Source of the DNA: Gemmatimonadota bacterium
Lineage (GTDB): Bacteria > Gemmatimonadota > Gemmatimonadetes > Gemmatimonadales > Gemmatimonadaceae
Length of the DNA stretch: 38,419 nucleotides
Reading direction: 5' to 3'
Assembly (NCBI GenBank): GCA_031372565.1
Contig: JANMLN010000026.1
Span: forward strand, 1 to 38,419
Of this stretch, positions 9,582-17,731 are shown in pieces. Within the stretch, counting starts at the first letter, position 1. Every line of letters begins with the position of its first letter. The notes below the pieces were generated by a model. It was not told the origin of the DNA. It saw nothing but the letters and a program-made list of their open reading frames with translations, and did not search any database. The position numbers and the translations under genes are program-made.

Positions 9582-10253
9582 TCAAGGCGTGGGCGTCTTG
9601 CCGCGTTCGATTGCCGCCCGCTGCATGGCTTCGTCGAACCGCTTGAGCATCTTCTTGGTCGGGCCGCGCATCTTGACCTCCACCCCGCCCATGATCGCGA
9701 TACCACGCACCCGGAGCACCGGTGCCGCGGGATCGAAGGCACTGGCGTCGACTCCCGACATGCCGAAGCCGCCCATCATGGCGGTGCCGAGCAGCTCGAC
9801 ACGAACGCCGGGCGGCACGGTGATCTCGACACCGCCCCACATGGCGAAGATGTGGATCTCGCTCACACCGGCGCCGAAGCGCGCCTCTCGCAGGTCGAGC
9901 TCGCCGCCGCCCATGAACGCGTTGACTTGCATCTCGCGCGGCAAGACCCAGCTCCCCTTGTTCTGGAAGCCCCCCATGAACGCCATCGCCACGCTGCGGC
10001 GCGGCACCATCTGGTCGGGCACGATGATGGCCGGCTGCCCCGGGTCCGTCTCGAGGCGCGGTGCTGCGTCGAGTCCCACCAGCGCTCCCTCGAGCTCCGC
10101 GAGCGTCGTGGCTTCGTACACCAGCGCCATGCGCACATCCAGCGTGTCGACCGTAAGCCGGTCGTTGGCGAAGTGTGCCGAGAGCGCCTGCGCGACGGCG
10201 TCGCGTTTGGCGTCGGTGACGAGCGAGGGGAGCGGGCGGTCGGGAGGAGTCAT
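9582..10253 (-). CDS. DUF1707 + LiaF-like domain protein, paralog B
   Basis: Collinear with 8767-9429, sharing DRLTV, DLREARFGAGVSEI and VPPGVRVE blocks. Confidence 0.85.
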   Translation of the reverse strand: MTPPDRPLPSLVTDAKRDAVAQALSAHFANDRLTVDTLDVRMALVYEATTLAELEGALVGLDAAPRLETDPGQPAIIVPDQMVPRRSVAMAFMGGFQNKGSWVLPREMQVNAFMGGGELDLREARFGAGVSEIHIFAMWGGVEITVPPGVRVELLGTAMMGGFGMSGVDASAFDPAAPVLRVRGIAIMGGVEVKMRGPTKKMLKRFDEAMQRAAIERGKTPTP

Positions 10254-10293
10254 GGGTGGGCGGGGTGCAGCGGGCTTGCAACTGCAAAAGAAG

Positions 10294-10323
10294 AAGCAGG
10301 TCCTTCGCTTCGCTCAGGACGAC
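10294..10323 (-). repeat. REP-like locus D: single copy
   Basis: AAGCAGGTCCTTCGCTTCGCTCAGGACGAC, 7 nt past the glutathione peroxidase stop. Confidence 0.95.
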
Positions 10324-10330
10324 ATGGCGC

Positions 10331-10813
10331 TCACGCCGACAGCGCACTCACCACATCAGCTGTCATCGACTCCGGGGTGTCGCCGGAACCGTACCGCTTG
10401 AGGACAGCGCCATCTCGCCCAACGAGAAACTTGGTGAAATTCCACTTGATCGCTTCCGTACCGAGGATCCCTGGGCGCGCGGCCTTGAGGAGCGCGAACA
10501 GCGGATGCGTCCCCGGACCGTTGACTTCGATCTTGGCGAACATCGGGAACGTCACGTCGTACGTGGCCGAACAGAACGTCACGATCTCGGCTTCCGTCCC
10601 AGGCTCCTGATGGCCGAACTGGTCACAGGGAAAGCCGAGCACGGCCAAGCCGGCGTCCTTGTGCGCACGGTAGAGCGCCTCGAGCCCGCGATACTGCGGG
10701 GTGTAGCCACACTTGCTGGCCACATTCACGATCAGCATCACCTTGCCTTGGTACGGTGCCAGTGTCGAGGCCGTGCCGCCGATCGTCGTGACGGGAAGTG
10801 TGTACAGGCTCAT
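10331..10813 (-). CDS. Glutathione peroxidase family protein (Cys-type, BtuE-like)
   Basis: 'NVASKCGYTPQY', 'LGFPCDQFGHQEPG' and 'IKWNFTKFLV' motifs. An alternative start at 10846 is possible. Confidence 0.93.
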   Translation of the reverse strand: MSLYTLPVTTIGGTASTLAPYQGKVMLIVNVASKCGYTPQYRGLEALYRAHKDAGLAVLGFPCDQFGHQEPGTEAEIVTFCSATYDVTFPMFAKIEVNGPGTHPLFALLKAARPGILGTEAIKWNFTKFLVGRDGAVLKRYGSGDTPESMTADVVSALSA

Positions 10814-10921
10814 CGGATCCGGTAGGGTGAGTGGCGCAGACAGCATCGTGCCGGTGATGTTACTACCCGTGCCTGCGCCGCGCGCCCCCGGTGCGACCCC
10901 CGCCCCACTCTCTCGTTTCGC

Positions 10922-11464
10922 ATGCGCCTCCACTGCTCCGTCTTCATCGCGACCAGCCTGGACGGTTACATCGCCCGCCCTGACGGCAGTATCGATTGGC
11001 TGCCCGCTCCGGATCCTGCCATTGGCGACTACGGCTACGAGGCCTTCATGACGACCATCGATGCCGTCGTGCTTGGACGCCATACGTACGATACCGTGCG
11101 AGGTTTCGGCGCGTGGCCGTATGGTGAGCGGCGGGTTGTCGTGCTCTCGCGCGGCGCGCCCGAGATCCCGCCCGAACTCGCACGGCGCGTATCAACAGCA
11201 TCATCGCCGCAGGCGGCCCTCGACGCACTTCGCGCCGCTGACTGTCACCATGCGTACGTGGACGGCGGTCTCGCCGTGCAGGCGTTCCTCCGCGATGGCC
11301 TGCTCGACGACATCACCCTCTCGACCGTACCGGTGCTGCTTGGCGCGGGCCGGCCCCTCTTCGGCGTGCTGAGCGCGGACGTACGCCTCGTGCATCAGTC
11401 GACACAGGCGTTCGCGACGGGACTGGTCCAGTCCACGTATCGCGTCGCGCATGTCGCGGCGTAG
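10922..11464 (+). CDS. Dihydrofolate reductase-like / RibD C-terminal domain protein
   Basis: 'FIATSLDGYIA', 'GRHTY', 'YVDGG' and 'VPVLLGAGRPLF' motifs. Confidence 0.9.
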   Translation: MRLHCSVFIATSLDGYIARPDGSIDWLPAPDPAIGDYGYEAFMTTIDAVVLGRHTYDTVRGFGAWPYGERRVVVLSRGAPEIPPELARRVSTASSPQAALDALRAADCHHAYVDGGLAVQAFLRDGLLDDITLSTVPVLLGAGRPLFGVLSADVRLVHQSTQAFATGLVQSTYRVAHVAA

Positions 11465-11554
11465 CGCCCGATTCGCCGCAGCAGCCCGCCCGCAGTATCA
11501 TCCACCGGCACCGATCAGCGCCCGCATTCTCAACCGGAGTTCCCCGTGTCATCC

Positions 11555-12124
11555 ATGCGTTTCGCCGCCGTCCTGCTCGCCCTTGTTCCCGCAGCGCTCG
11601 CGGCGCAGTCGGGTCCCGTCCCCTTTCCCGAGAAGCTGCCCAACATCGGGTATCAGGACGCCTTCGCCCGGGTCGGCCCGAACCTGTACATCGGCGGACA
11701 ACCCACCGATTCCGCCCTGCGAGCGCTCAAGGCCGAAGGGATCACCACGGTCATCACGCTCCGGACACCACCCGAGCTCGCCAATCGCCAAGCCGTTCCC
11801 TTCGACGAAGAGAAGCTGGTCAAGGAACTCGGCATGACGTGGATTCATATCCCGGTGCGCGGCGACTCTACCTGGCCCTATACCCCCGAGGCGGTCGACA
11901 AGCTCGCGGCCGCGCTCAAGGGCGCCAAGGGGCGCGTGCTGCTCCACTGCACGATCGCATACCGCGCGAGCCACCTGTATACGGCCTATCTGGTGAAGTA
12001 CCGCGGCCTTCCGCTCGATTCAGCGCTCAAGCACGGCCGCGCCATCAACTGGGGCACCCTGCCGTTCGAGGGGTTCATGGGGGAACCGATGCAGCCGCAG
12101 CCGATCGCCAAGAAGAAGGGGTGA
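11555..12124 (+). CDS. Secreted DUF442/Blh-like (tyrosine-phosphatase-fold) protein
   Basis: Signal peptide; 'YIGGQP', 'GITTVITLR' and 'VLLHCTIAYRA' (C-x4-R) motifs. Confidence 0.75.
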   Translation: MRFAAVLLALVPAALAAQSGPVPFPEKLPNIGYQDAFARVGPNLYIGGQPTDSALRALKAEGITTVITLRTPPELANRQAVPFDEEKLVKELGMTWIHIPVRGDSTWPYTPEAVDKLAAALKGAKGRVLLHCTIAYRASHLYTAYLVKYRGLPLDSALKHGRAINWGTLPFEGFMGEPMQPQPIAKKKG

Positions 12125-12274
12125 CCCCGGCTGAGGGGCAACAGTCGCGTCTGACCCCGCACAGAAGCTCGTTCCTAACATCTCGCCGGTCCGTCCGTCT
12201 ACGAAGCAGACGGTGCAGTGCACCAGGGTGCTGCGAACCCCCCGTCGACGTACACTGTGCTCGGAGTCTCCCCG

Positions 12275-13168
12275 ATGAACCGCCCCTCCGCCCGTAGTCT
12301 GGTCGCTCTCGCGACCCTCCTCGGCAGCTCGGCCTGCCTCGACCTGAACGGGCCGCAACAGCAGGCCTCGGCGACCAGCGATCTGGTGCTCGCCGTCACT
12401 GCCGCCGGCACTGTCGGCCAGCTCGATGCCGTGCGCGGCGCCGGTTTCCCCGGCCTCGGTCGCCGCGGCATGTTCCCGCAGATCGGCGGCGCGCCCAACT
12501 GCGAAGCGTCAATGGGGGGCCGACCCTGCCCTCCGCGCGGCGATACCACGGGCGTCACGCGGTCGGTCGCGTACACCGACGCGGCAGGCGCCAACCAGAC
12601 CGCGTACGACTCCCTCCTCACCGCATCCGCCGCGTTCTCGCTCAGTGTGAACCGCAGCGACTCGCTGGGAAGCCTGGTTGAGCAGCGCACCATGACCGCC
12701 ACCGGACTGCAGGGCAGCGAGACGGAGCGCACATGGAACGGCACGGCGACGGTCGCCCACGCAGGCGCAGGTCGCTTCCGCCCGCTCGGACCGGGCATGG
12801 GCCCCGGCGGGATGGGGGGCGGGCGTGGGCCCGGCGGCGCAGGCGCTGGCCCGGGCGGCGGCTCGTTCGGCGGCACCCCGCCAGCGTACCTCGCCATGGC
12901 CGAGACAACCACGGTCACGAATGTCGTGATGCCGCAACCCGCCGCGCAGGGCAGCTACCCCAAGAGCGGCACGATCAACACGCGCTCGAACATCCTCGTG
13001 GTCTCGGCTGCGGGTGACACGACGCGGAGCGCACGGGTCGTCACCGTCGTGTTCGATGGCACGTCGACCGCGCAGATCACCGTGAACGGCGAAACCCGTG
13101 CCGTGGATCTCTCGCGGCGTCCCTTCCGTGGTGGCCGGCCGCGCGGGGGCCAGAGCAGCAACCCGTAG
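12275..13168 (+). CDS. Hypothetical lipoprotein with Gly/Pro/Arg-rich inserts
   Basis: GGAG upstream of ATG 12275; lipobox-like 'LLGSSAC'; Thr-rich beta segments interrupted by Gly-rich tracts. Confidence 0.7.
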   Translation: MNRPSARSLVALATLLGSSACLDLNGPQQQASATSDLVLAVTAAGTVGQLDAVRGAGFPGLGRRGMFPQIGGAPNCEASMGGRPCPPRGDTTGVTRSVAYTDAAGANQTAYDSLLTASAAFSLSVNRSDSLGSLVEQRTMTATGLQGSETERTWNGTATVAHAGAGRFRPLGPGMGPGGMGGGRGPGGAGAGPGGGSFGGTPPAYLAMAETTTVTNVVMPQPAAQGSYPKSGTINTRSNILVVSAAGDTTRSARVVTVVFDGTSTAQITVNGETRAVDLSRRPFRGGRPRGGQSSNP

Positions 13169-13243
13169 GCGCAGTCGCGGCGCCCTGACGCCGCACTCGC
13201 TACCGCCCGCGTTGCCCCGTGAGGGTGGCGCGGGCGGTTTGCA

Positions 13244-16200
13244 TCAGCGGAAGCGGAACTCGCGCAGGATGTCGAGACCGAACTGCCGGATCGCGGCCAG
13301 ATCAGCACCACCCGAGCACGAGGTGCTGCCGGGGTCCATCGAGGCCTGCAACCAGGATGACGGCCCGAGGCGATACTCGATCGACAAGCCGAACCAGGGG
13401 GACGTATCGCTCGCGTCGCTGCACGCGGACCGCTTGCCGAGCCCGGTATTGAGCGAGATGAAGACGCGATCACCCAGCTGCTGACCGGCCGTGATGCTCG
13501 CGCCCGAGAGGAGTCCGTTGTTCTGGTCGCCCCCGGTGACATCCGACTGGCTCGCCATCGTGACGCGCACCATGTCCACGCCAGGGAGCACGCTCGAGAG
13601 GGCCTGTTCGGCAACGCCGCCGAGCGTCGGTGCGATTGCGTTGCGCACCGACTGGAGCGCACTCGCGTTCTGCCCCGACAGGGCGAAGCTTGGCGCGCCG
13701 AAGATCAGGTACGAGAGGAGTTCGGTGTCCGAGGATCCGGCCGCCACCTGATCGTCGCTGGAGAGCACGATGCGCGGCACGGCTGCCGTTCCGAGGATGT
13801 CGGCGTGGATGCGAACCTGATCCCGGTTCTCGAGGCGCACCAGGTACGTCGTGCTGATGTCGAGCGCGGGCGAGTTGGCGAGCGGACCGAAGAAGGTCAC
13901 GCGCCCCGAGTCGACCTGGAAGGTGCGACTCACGAGCCCGAGGTTGAGCCGGTAGATGCCACGCCTGGCGAGCAGCTCGCCCGAGAGGTTGACGTTGTCG
14001 AGGTACCCACTGGCGCGAATCTCCCCGCCGAGCGTCACGTTGGCGTCGGCGGACCGGAGTCGCACGTTGTCGCCCAGCCGGAGTGACAGGTTGTTGACGG
14101 CCACGCGCTCACGCACCCGTTGCGCGAAGCTGGGCTGCTTGGGGGCGCGCGCCGACGCGGCGGCGGCTGAATCGGCTTCATCCGCCGTCTCCAGCGAGAG
14201 GCGCGAGGGTTCGACCTCCTTCACGAACTTCGCGCCGATATATCCGATCGCGTCATAGATCTCGACGTCACCGTCGATCGTGGCCGCCTCGCGCGTGCCG
14301 CCAAGATGCACCTCGCCGTTCAGGTCGAACGAGCCGAGGCTCCTGGACCGGAAGGCGGCAAACTGATTCGCGCGCAGCCGCAGGTCGATCGCGCCGTTCC
14401 CCGTGTCGGGCAGGAATGCAAAGCCGCGCAGCGTGAGCGAATCTCCGCCGCGACGTTCTCCGCGCGCCGAGAAGCGTTCGACGATGATGCTGTCGTTGCG
14501 TAGGGCCACGTTGGCGAAGGCATCGCGCAGCTGGGCGCCTGCGGTGCGCGATACCAGCGAGCCACTGTCGAGCGAGACGCGCCCGTCGAGGAGGGGTCGT
14601 TCGAGATGGCCGGCGACATTCACATCCGCGCGCAGGACACCACCCGCCTCGCTCAGTGCCGGCAGCAGTCGCTTGAGGAAGCCGAGCCGCAGCGAATCCG
14701 AGCGGAGCGTACCGACGATGGGCTCGTCGCGGAGCCGGCGCGCGACCGTGACGAGCGACAGATCCACCGGCAGGTCGCCGGCAAAGATGAGCGATCCGTC
14801 GACCCCTTCGTCGAGCGTGACCGTGGTTGAGAGTCGTTGCTTCACGTACTCGCCCGTGAGACGCAGCGCGCCGGCCTCGGTCCCGGCGAGCTTCACGTCG
14901 ACCGCATCGAGGAGCGCCTCGATCCGCGGATCGCGTCGCGTGCCGCCTACTTCGACGTTGGCGTTGAGTAGCGCCGTTGCGCGCGGTGGCACCTGTTGCA
15001 GCGAGTCCTGGACGATGAGCGGGAAGTCCTCGATCCGGAGAACTCCGCTGATGGCGAGACTGTCGGCGAAGCGCCCCGTCGCGAACAGGCGCCCTCCCTT
15101 GCCGAGCTCCATGCTGGTGGAGTCGAGCACCGTCAGCCCCGGCGCGCGCGTCACGCGGGTCGGGGAGGACAGGCGCACCGTATCGACGCCGAAGTGCGCC
15201 CACACCGAGTCGATGTCGACGATCGTCGTGTCGGCACGGACGCCAATGCGTACGCTGCCGCTCGTCTCGTCGAAGTTGCGCGACGCGTCGGCGCTCCACC
15301 GCATGAGGTACCGTCCGGGACCGAGCGCCTCGGCGTCCACGCGCGCGTGGTCAATCGTCTGGCCACCCGCCTGCGCACGCCCGAGCACGACGGCCGCCGT
15401 ACCGGTGATCGTGTCGCGACGGACGAGCGCACTCGAGACGAGCGTGAGCGAGTCGGCGCGGGTGGTGCCCGCGCGAACTCCGCGGAGCGCGGCCGATCCT
15501 CTGGCGCGCAGCGAATCGAGGCGCCCGGCGAGCACCGCCTCGAGCCCGAACGATCCGCGCACCGTGTCATCCCACACGAGCCGCGTCATCGCGGTCGAGT
15601 CCGCCGGGCGACGGCGCGACATGAGGGGCCGAACCGCCATGCGCAGCGCGTCCAGCTTATCGACCGCAAGCGATAGACGCAGGGAATCGCTCACGCCGCG
15701 CCGCAATCCGATCCCCCCGGTCGCCGAGAATCGCAGGACGCCGGCATCGAACTGCAACGTGTCGATGAGCGCATCGCCGTCTGCCAACCGCACGCGAAGC
15801 GAACCCGCGCGCAATCGCGCCGCGCCGATCAACGTCGAATCGAGATCGACGGCGACCCGTCCGCTCATGACCGGCAGCGAGTCGCCCGACAGGTCGATGC
15901 GGGCGTGGGCATCGGCCGTGATCGACGCAGCGTCCTCGGCCAGCTGCAGCGCGACATCGTGCAGCGAGACCGTGCCAGCAATCGTCTGTCCGGGGGCAAA
16001 GCGTACGGCAAGGTCGCTGGTGACAGCGCCGGCGGGACCCGCCAGCTCCGTCGTGAGTTTGACCTGCTCCAAGTCGCCTCGCGCCGTGATGCCGCCGCCA
16101 AGGGCTCCGATGAGTGCCACACCGGAGTCGGCAAACAGCGTGGTGAGCCGGAGCGAGTCGGCGGTGAGGCGCGCATCATAGCCGTCGACTCCCTTGGCGC

Positions 16201-17731
16201 CACGATGCAACGCGACACGGCCACCAACCCGCGTGACGCCAGCCCCTCGACGCGCATAGGTGCCGCGCAGCTCGCGAACCCAGAGCGAATCACCGCGCGC
16301 CTCGAGCGTCGCATGCATGGTCGCCACCCCTTTCGGAAGCCCGGCTTTCGGGAAGAGCGCGGCGATGAAGGGCGCCTCCATGCGCGGAGCGTCGACGATC
16401 AGTCCGGTGAAAGCCGTCTTTCCGGGCACCGTCAAGTCGAAGGTGCCGTGCGCCCTGAGCGGTACGCCGGTGCGAGGTGCGCGGGCATCCGTGAACGTGG
16501 CGACCGCCTCCTCGAGCACGAACCGATCAAACGGACCACCGCTCGCGCGCACCGTGCCCTTGAACGCGCCGGCGAGCCCGAGCGGCAGCGGAAAGCCGAG
16601 GAAATCCTCGACCTCCTTGGTGCCCAGCGGGTCAAGCGTTAGCGCGACATCGCTGATGCGGAGCAAGGGTTGTCCGACGCCAAACGTGACCGCGCCCAGC
16701 AGCCGCGTCGCGCCGGTGCGGACGTCAACCTCGCTCATGGCGTAATGGATGAGGCGTGCGTCGGCCGCATCGGTGCGAATGCGCAGGGTCACGCGACCGC
16801 CACCCTCGGCGGGCACGACGCTCGAGATCCACGTGAGGTCGGCGAAGTTGACCGGGTCCGCACGAGCGATGAAGTCGAGCCTCGGCGGTCCACCCTTCAT
16901 GTCGAAGCGCGTGACCCCCGATGCCGTCCCGCGCGACTTGCCGAGTCGCACGCCACCAACGGCGATCGCGACCGAGTCGCGGAACCAGCGCACGGTGCCG
17001 CGCAGATCGCGAATCGGAAACGGCGGGTACTGCTCGTCCGCGTCGACGCCGGTCACGTTGACGCTGCCGCCATCGCGACCCGGTGCGCTTGCGTCGAGGG
17101 CCCGGGCATCGCCGGAGAGCGCGCTCCAGCGGTACACGGCCACCATCCCCTCACGCGTATTCGCGACCGTTCCCGCCTTGAGGCGCGCGGCGACGACCGA
17201 GTCGCGCACCTTCGGGGTGTACCACGGTTCGGGGGTCCACGGCAACGCGATGCGCGCCGAGCCGCTGCGCACCTTGAGCACCGTGGCGCGGATCAGCGAT
17301 GCCGCGTCGGGCGGCCCGGGCGTGCGCACGAAGATTCGATCGTAATTCCACTCCCGGTTCGCGTGCTGGCGCAGCACGAGCACCGGGCGGTCGATCTGCA
17401 ACTCGTCGAAGACCCACCGCCCCGCCACGAGGTCGCGGGCACTGTACTTCGCCTCGATCGGCCCTGAGCGGAACACGAGCGAGTCTTCATCATCACGAAT
17501 CTCGATCGAGTCCATGGTGATGGCCGACAGGAAGTTGCCGGTGATGCGGCCGAGCTGCACCCTGGCGCCCCGGCGCACCTTGCCCTCCACCAGCTTCTGG
17601 ATCCGGTTGCGGATGAAGCGCTCGATGAGCGACGGGTCATCCTGCGGCGCCCGCCCGCTCGGTGGCACGAGCGCGGCCGTCGCCGCCGAGCCCGCCAGCG
17701 CAAGCGTGAGGATGGTCGCGAGGGCACGCAT
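13244..17731 (-). CDS. tamB: Translocation/assembly module TamB-like protein
   Basis: 1495 aa beta-rich protein with a hydrophobic N-terminus and a DUF490-like C-terminus ('ILGTAAVPRIVLSS..ELLSYLIFG'). Its start overlaps the upstream stop (TGATG). Confidence 0.8.
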   Translation of the reverse strand: MRALATILTLALAGSAATAALVPPSGRAPQDDPSLIERFIRNRIQKLVEGKVRRGARVQLGRITGNFLSAITMDSIEIRDDEDSLVFRSGPIEAKYSARDLVAGRWVFDELQIDRPVLVLRQHANREWNYDRIFVRTPGPPDAASLIRATVLKVRSGSARIALPWTPEPWYTPKVRDSVVAARLKAGTVANTREGMVAVYRWSALSGDARALDASAPGRDGGSVNVTGVDADEQYPPFPIRDLRGTVRWFRDSVAIAVGGVRLGKSRGTASGVTRFDMKGGPPRLDFIARADPVNFADLTWISSVVPAEGGGRVTLRIRTDAADARLIHYAMSEVDVRTGATRLLGAVTFGVGQPLLRISDVALTLDPLGTKEVEDFLGFPLPLGLAGAFKGTVRASGGPFDRFVLEEAVATFTDARAPRTGVPLRAHGTFDLTVPGKTAFTGLIVDAPRMEAPFIAALFPKAGLPKGVATMHATLEARGDSLWVRELRGTYARRGAGVTRVGGRVALHRGAKGVDGYDARLTADSLRLTTLFADSGVALIGALGGGITARGDLEQVKLTTELAGPAGAVTSDLAVRFAPGQTIAGTVSLHDVALQLAEDAASITADAHARIDLSGDSLPVMSGRVAVDLDSTLIGAARLRAGSLRVRLADGDALIDTLQFDAGVLRFSATGGIGLRRGVSDSLRLSLAVDKLDALRMAVRPLMSRRRPADSTAMTRLVWDDTVRGSFGLEAVLAGRLDSLRARGSAALRGVRAGTTRADSLTLVSSALVRRDTITGTAAVVLGRAQAGGQTIDHARVDAEALGPGRYLMRWSADASRNFDETSGSVRIGVRADTTIVDIDSVWAHFGVDTVRLSSPTRVTRAPGLTVLDSTSMELGKGGRLFATGRFADSLAISGVLRIEDFPLIVQDSLQQVPPRATALLNANVEVGGTRRDPRIEALLDAVDVKLAGTEAGALRLTGEYVKQRLSTTVTLDEGVDGSLIFAGDLPVDLSLVTVARRLRDEPIVGTLRSDSLRLGFLKRLLPALSEAGGVLRADVNVAGHLERPLLDGRVSLDSGSLVSRTAGAQLRDAFANVALRNDSIIVERFSARGERRGGDSLTLRGFAFLPDTGNGAIDLRLRANQFAAFRSRSLGSFDLNGEVHLGGTREAATIDGDVEIYDAIGYIGAKFVKEVEPSRLSLETADEADSAAAASARAPKQPSFAQRVRERVAVNNLSLRLGDNVRLRSADANVTLGGEIRASGYLDNVNLSGELLARRGIYRLNLGLVSRTFQVDSGRVTFFGPLANSPALDISTTYLVRLENRDQVRIHADILGTAAVPRIVLSSDDQVAAGSSDTELLSYLIFGAPSFALSGQNASALQSVRNAIAPTLGGVAEQALSSVLPGVDMVRVTMASQSDVTGGDQNNGLLSGASITAGQQLGDRVFISLNTGLGKRSACSDASDTSPWFGLSIEYRLGPSSWLQASMDPGSTSCSGGADLAAIRQFGLDILREFRFR

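Noticed and set aside
10331..10813. Selenocysteine-containing glutathione peroxidase
   Set aside because: The active-site codon is Cys (TGT in SKCG) and there is no in-frame TGA.
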